DNA of 64,000 nucleotides, taken from Carpediemonas membranifera BICM. Taxonomy: Eukaryota; Protista; Fornicata. Every line of letters begins with the position of its first letter. Within the stretch, counting starts at the first letter, position 1. Below, one piece after another: positions 58,376-64,000 of this stretch. Location: the NCBI GenBank assembly GCA_019828565.1, contig JAHDYR010000011.1, positions 71,072-135,071 of the forward strand. The letters are read 5' to 3'. Position numbers and translations under genes: made by a program. Under the pieces are notes generated by a model, which was not told the origin of the DNA, made no database searches, and worked only from the letters and a program-made list of their open reading frames with translations.

Positions 58376-61300
58376 TTACTCATGCATCTCTTGATCTGGT
58401 TCGTCGCTCTCGTGCTCCATTCCGATGCGTAGGAGCTCTTCTTCCTCGTCGCTTCCGTTGGCGGCGGCAAGCGCCTCCTCAAGCCTGGCCTCGAGGACTC
58501 TGTTTGTTTCACGGAGCCTGAGGCTGGCTCTTTTGAAGGCCTCCGATTTCTCGGCGATGCGCTGGAGGCGCTGGCGCTCGCTCGCTCCTCTTGCTAGGGC
58601 TTCCCTTTCCTTGGCCAGCTGGCCTTGGAGGTGGGTAACCTCGTTGTTCAGCCGGGGAGACTTCCTCTTCGTAATGGCTCATGATCCGCTGCCGCTCTTC
58701 TTCAGCTCTTCGCTCCACCTCCGCTTGGAAGAGGGCTTGGATGTAGGCACCCATCTGATCGACCGTGCCCAGTCTTGGGTTTGGGGGCCTCTTCCCTTCG
58801 GGGCCGCCCGGCGGGGGCCGGTGCTCGAAAGCCTGGCTCAGAGGCATCGCCGGGGGGGTTGGCCTCTTTGTGAGGCGTGAGGATCGCCTGTCCCGGGGCC
58901 GGGTGGGGGGGGTTCATTCCTCTGGGAGTGGGGTAAGCAGGGCTTACCTGGTGCGCATTAGGGGTGATGATTGCCCTTGGGGTGGGGTGGGCGGGGGTTA
59001 CCTGGCGCGGGTTGGGGGTGGGGTTTGTTTCCCCTTGGAGCCTGCTGGGGGAGGGGGTGGCGTTCACCTTCCTTTGAGATGGGTTCGGGGTGGGGACCTG
59101 TCGGTTCTCGGTGAGCGGGCCCTCAAGCAGCCCTAGGGCCGGCCACTCCATGCCTTGGTGAATCTCGTTGGTGAGCCTCTCCCGGTGCTCTTCGAGGCAG
59201 GCTCTAAGCGCGGCCCTTGCCGCGGTCACAGCCTCTTTTTGCTCTCGCTGCGACCTGTGCCCGTCGTTGTTCTGGGTGTACGGGAAGTCCCACAGGCGGA
59301 TGGGGGGTAGTCTCATCATGGGACTGCATCCCAGGGCCAGGGTGCCGTCGTATTGGGGGTTCGCCCAAGGCGCTCGGGCGGCGTCTTCCAGGCTCCCCTC
59401 CTTGTTCTACTGTGCGGATGCCCCAGTCTAGGGGAAGAACCGAGGGGAAGAAGTTGACATAATGCCTGGGCCCTCTATCTTGGCGCCGGAGTTCCGCGCT
59501 TACGATGAGTTTCGGGACGCCCGCTGGTGCTCTATCGCCGATGTTCACCAGGCAGTGGGTGAGCCGGTGTCTCAGCTGCTGGGCTGAGCCCCCATGCATC
59601 ATGTCATGCTTATGGAGCGGGACCAGCGAGGCTGCCTGGGATAGGGTCAGGAGCTCGGGGTGGAGTTTGACCGGGAGTTGCTCCATGACCCTGGGGGTCC
59701 AGGGTGGTACGGTTGCCATAGAAGTCTGGCCAGTAGCCCTTCTCCCTTGCTACGCGGCGCCTACCGTTCCACTCGGATAGGAGCTCCACGACCAGGGGTC
59801 TCGTGCTTGGGCAGGAGTCCGGGCTGAGAACGGCTACGCCCCTCCTTTCAAGGACCCTTAGGATTCCTTTTCCTGTGCTGAACTCTTGCGCGGTCGTGTT
59901 GGCCATGTGGATTTCCTTCGGACGCGGCTTGGTGGTAAAGATCACGTGCTGTAGTTGCCCCCAGGGGTGTGATGACCTCTCGCCCTCTATGGCGGTTGAT
60001 CTCTACAGCCAGGTCTGGGACCCCGTGTCCTACTCTAATGATGGGGCTTTGTGCCCCCGTCACTTTCCCTCCTCGTGCGATTAGTTCCGCTCCCACATCA
60101 GCCCAGGTCCACGGGTTATACAGCATGTGGATGGCCAGGGAGAGTCTTGTGTAGAAGAGCGATACATCCGCAAGCGCACAGTGACAGTAGGCTGGTGCGT
60201 TTCTGTGATAGGGGCACAGCCCCTTGGGTTCCCTTCTCCTTTGCTGGTCGCGGGTCCAGACCTTGGCCTGCTCGGCTGCCTTCTGGTCCTCCTGTGGGAG
60301 GGTCTCTCGGACCGGGCGGTCCTCCTGGGAGGGGGGGTAGAAGAGGGTGAGGGTGCTATTGAGACGGGGGTACACCGCATCTAGGCCGGCTTCATCGATT
60401 AGGTGGGTGGCTACCCATGCCCTGGCCGTGGAATCCGGTACGTATTTGGCGCTCGTGAGGACACTTCGTTCAGCTTCCACCCCTTTGGCAGTCAGGTGGA
60501 TGAACGCGTTATGGTGTCCTTCGAGACGCCGGAGGGCATCGATCATTTCCGCGCACCATGTGGTGCTGTTTGGGAATGTGCTTTCGAATCCCTGGGGGGC
60601 CTGCCCAGTGGTGATGTCGACGAAGGTGGCTGGGGGCAACCGTGGAGAATTCTTGAGCTCATCAGAGCCTGGTCGAGGTCGGCCACCCGAATATCTTCGC
60701 CTAACATCCCGTGCAGACTGGCGACGATATTCCCGTTGGCGGGGTCAAAGACTATGACCGCCCCTTCGCATATGACGGCCTCATCCCCCGCCTTGGATGC
60801 GGGTTTGGACGCTTCGAAGTCAATGCACCCGATCAGCATCCTCTTGCCCTGCGGGTTGGTGAGCGGGCAGGACGGGGGGAGTCTGCTGTTGGCTGACAGT
60901 TCTCTACCCCTTGGCGGGTTGACGTCACTATCACTGCCAGGGACTCTTCTGGCCGAGTCGTCGGCGTTGGGCCGGGGGCCATCTTGGGTACCCCCGGTCT
61001 CCGAGCCCGCACTTTCGCCGCTGGGCATGGTGGCGGGGTTCCCCCGCTAGTTGGGTTCCAACCTGCTTCGCCCCCCAATGAACGAGGGGGCGACTGGATC
61101 GCCCATGTTGGGTTGGCCAGTGGTCGGGTCGCCGCCGTTGTGCGGGGCAACGCCCAGGTTGCCCCTGGTGGGTGGGTCCGTCCTTGGGCCGCCGTTGGGC
61201 GGGCTATCACCTGCACTTGCTCTGCCATTATTCGGTGGGGGGGTGACCGGGTTGCCCTCGTGGGGTGGGTTGTCGGTTTGCTCGTTGCCCTTGGGCGGGC

Positions 61301-62722
61301 CGTCCCCTGTGGATTCGGTGGCGAGCAGCTTGGTACCCTGGTCCGCCATCCAGATGTTTGCGATCCTGCTAACGAGGGTGGAAGCGTCGCAGAGGTCCGG
61401 GTGGATGAACTCAGGGGCCGGCATTGGCCGGGTAGTAGTATCCCATGCGGCCCACAGCTCTTTGAAGCCCGGAACCGTCCAGCGAAGCACTAAGTCTTCG
61501 GCCTCACTGCGCGCTAGCTCGTCGCCGGCAATGCTGAGGGCTGAATCCGTGGGTGTCCTGCTAACCAACACAGGTCTGGTCACCCCATCGGTCCTGCTGT
61601 AGACAGCTATCGCGGAGAACATGCCACCTTCCCAGGGCTTGACGGCCTGTCCGTCAAGGGGGGGGAAGCCTCCTGCTGGGGGTCTGGGGCTAAGGGGGAC
61701 GGGGGCATCCTCCCAGGCCCGACCTAGGGCCGCCCACTTGTTGTTGACGTTGTTGTGGGCTCTGTCCGCACCTGGCGCTTTCGCTGAGCCGGCTGTGGCT
61801 TGGCCGCCTGCCTTGAGGAGCCAGGCGGCGCTCTGCTGGCCGAACCTTGTCCTGATCCCAGGCCCTGTGAGGCTTTGGTGACCTGCGGCCTTGAGAGTGC
61901 TGGCAACTAGCTCGAACAGCAAGGATCTAGCCGGTGGCGGGCTTGATACCTTGAAGTTGGCGGCGTTATCCCTCGAGAAGATCACTGTGGTGTTGTTGCA
62001 CTTGGCGAGGATGGAATCGGCTGCTCTTCGGACTTTTTGCCACTCTTCGGTCGTAGCTAAGCGTTTTCCAAGCTTGGTGAGCTCTGTTCCAGCTTCGTCT
62101 ACATCATTCCCCCGGCCCATGGCTTGTTGGGGGAACTTTGTGTTTGTGGCCGAAATTGGTCTCGAAAAGTCGGAGGGGGAAAGTCGGCATGAATCCCCCG
62201 GGGGGGAGCCCTCCCTGCCCGCCTCGCCTGTAGGCGCCGTTGCCGGCGCTCGTAGGCTGGGAAACCCGGGGTCAGGGAGTAATCGGCCTTGGAGGTGAAC
62301 ATCACGAAGGCCGGCCCGCATCGGGGCAGTGGCCGGCGCTGTTGGTCCTCGCGGTGGATTTTCCAGGCCGCCTGGCTTACCCACCATGGCCTTCCGGTTA
62401 TCAGGGCGTAGTGGTATAGCAGGATGTCATTTTCTAGCATTTGGGTAGCCGTTATTTCCCTTTCTCGGCTGGGATTCTGCCACCACTGTAGCTGGTGATC
62501 CACTCCTGGGGGGAAGGGATCCTTTATCTTGCTATACCCTTTTAGGTCGCCGTACATCCGGATCAAGTCGGCGATTTTCTCGGTTCTCGTGCGCTCCTTG
62601 CGTAGAGGAGGCCCTATGGGATGCTCGGGGAGGAGATCTTCTGCTCGGGCAACGTACCCGCCCTGTGGGTTCCTGGGAAACGCGTCCATTGCCGGCCGGT
62701 GGCTCGGATGAGGAGTGTGCAT
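58376..62722 (-). CDS. LINE ORF1 polyprotein (frameshifted pieces) with central MAEL-like nuclease and C-terminal coiled coil
   Basis: Chain of overlapping minus-strand ORFs with the same layout as 17507..21014. Confidence 0.6.
59848..61028 (-). CDS. Maelstrom/arenavirus-NP-like DEDDh exonuclease domain
   Basis: IDFE, ICE, PPATFV, AKGVEAE, LIDE, EPKGLCPYHR, HCALAD across ORFs 60543..61028 and 59848..60639. Confidence 0.78.
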
Positions 62723-62757
62723 TTTAGTGCTCCATCACCTGATCACACCATAGCCTT

Positions 62758-63549
62758 GTGGCGTTGCACGTTGGCCTTTCCGAGCAGGGGCGGGGAGGTG
62801 TGGCCTATTGCCTGAGATGCGGGGTCGGTTGCGAACCTTGTAGCCATAATATGAGTTCACCACATTTGGTTCCTGTTACACCCATTAGCCCGCCTGGCGA
62901 CTACCACCAAGGCCCAGGCATTGCCGCGGCGGAGCCCCAGACCCCTAGAGAGGGCTGGGGGTCGGATTCTTCCACCACATCGTCCTCTGTGGAGGAGCTG
63001 CCCCCCGGGTCATTGGCATTGCCTTCCTCCCGCAGCGCCCGCGCCTCTGCTCCCAACCTGGTGGGATGGGGCCTCAGGAGTCCTCAACGCCGACTCTTCC
63101 GCTCCTTCCAGGGGAAGGCCGTCCCCCGCCGCCTCCAGCTGGCCCGGTCCCCTGCTTCCCCCGGTCCTCACAACGGCGAGGGCGCTGCCCCGTTTGTCAC
63201 GCCATTGGCTTCCTCCCCAGCTGGGGCTCGCACCGTTCGTCAGCCTGTGGCTCCACTTGCGTCAGCCCTCGACGCTCTCAGCACTTTGGATCGCATCGCC
63301 ATGGACTGGCACTCGTGTGCCTATGCCTTCGTGGACATGCTCCATGAGGGGACCGACGAGGATCAGCCTGTCGAGAACCTACAGGCCATTTTGGCATTCC
63401 AGCGCACTTCTCAGTCCCAGATGGTTATGTATCGCAGCAGCAGGGGCGCTCTTGAGCGGGCCCTTAGGCAGTATGTCCCTTCGGTTTCCCATTTCCTTGC
63501 CGACGGAAGCCCCTCAGTGGAGTTCCTGGGCGCCGGGACTCCTCAGTAA
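62758..63549 (+). CDS. Hypothetical ORF divergent from LINE ORF1 (likely ATG 62851)
   Basis: 263-codon ORF with a helical-looking C-terminal third. No recognised motif. Confidence 0.35.
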   Translation: MALHVGLSEQGRGGVAYCLRCGVGCEPCSHNMSSPHLVPVTPISPPGDYHQGPGIAAAEPQTPREGWGSDSSTTSSSVEELPPGSLALPSSRSARASAPNLVGWGLRSPQRRLFRSFQGKAVPRRLQLARSPASPGPHNGEGAAPFVTPLASSPAGARTVRQPVAPLASALDALSTLDRIAMDWHSCAYAFVDMLHEGTDEDQPVENLQAILAFQRTSQSQMVMYRSSRGALERALRQYVPSVSHFLADGSPSVEFLGAGTPQ

Positions 63550-64000
63550 ACACCCAGGGTTGAATGGGGGGTTGAGACCATGTTGCTGCTGTTCCTTGCG
63601 GTATCTGCCTACCACTCGGGTTGCTGGGCCCCGGCATTCTCCCCCTTCTCCCAGCGGGGAGCGCGGCCACAGGGCGCCATTTGGGTTTCCCTCCAGTTGC
63701 GCGTCATTCCTACTAAATTCATGAGTTCATACCTTGGTTTCGGCTTGGTTGCAGTGGTGAGGGCCCTTGGCATGTTGCTGGGGGCTCCTCTGGACGTTCT
63801 TTGCCCTGTGGGTTGAGGAACGTCCGGGCGGTAAGCTTCCCTTGGTCTTTTGGATGGTAATATCCCATCAGACCGCTCACCGGGGGCTCCATGCCCATAC
63901 GGGTTTCGTTGCCCCAGAGGGTGCACTTTAGGGAGCACAGAGAACCAACCCAAGCACAGCGCCCGTCCGCTAGCGGGTTATACAAGGCAGGCAGGGTGGT

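Larger units (their letters stand above)
53117..64000 (-). mobile_element. Autonomous APE-RT LINE with MAEL-like ORF1 and (TTTC)n tail; 5' end not located in the window
   Basis: The tail aaagaaagaaagaattt at 53117 interrupts Gypsy pol. ORF1 and ORF2 are present. The second TSD copy was not found, so the right boundary is uncertain. Confidence 0.82.

Noticed and set aside
38445-62722. Many frameshifts read as pseudogenisation or programmed frameshifting
   Set aside because: Most of those examined are single-base indels in homopolymers (e.g. ~39640, 40035, 40535, 46225), typical of long-read consensus error. They cannot be resolved without reads.
1-64000. Telomeric repeat tracts, rRNA/tRNA genes or host housekeeping genes
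   Set aside because: None recognised, so a telomeric location and the host species cannot be asserted from this window.

Overview
This is a eukaryotic, probably protist, region made almost entirely of nested transposable elements, with no recognisable host gene. The backbone is a minus-strand, head-to-tail array of CRE-like non-LTR retrotransposons (RT plus restriction-like endonuclease): at least 7 units, mosaic between units, each with a variable 93-bp coding repeat. Five elements sit in this array: (i) a complete 6.3-kb LINE-like element with a 15-bp TSD and (TTTC)n tail that encodes an AP-endonuclease but no RT; (ii) a tandem dimer of a 3.93-kb tyrosine-recombinase (DIRS/PAT-like) retrotransposon; (iii) one end of a CATACTGT-ended DNA transposon; (iv) a complete 12.1-kb DNA transposon (48-bp TIRs, 2-bp TSD) carrying SET, PHD, OTU-like and caspase-like cargo genes, several cargo genes having 32-37-nt introns; (v) a chromodomain Ty3/Gypsy element, itself interrupted by an autonomous APE-RT LINE with the same (TTTC)n tail. 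The most striking signal is that both LINE-like elements encode in ORF1 a Maelstrom/arenavirus-nucleoprotein-type DEDDh exonuclease with an intact E-C-H-C zinc site. Domain calls come from motifs recognised by eye, with no database searches. Most frameshifts fall in homopolymers and are probably sequencing errors.
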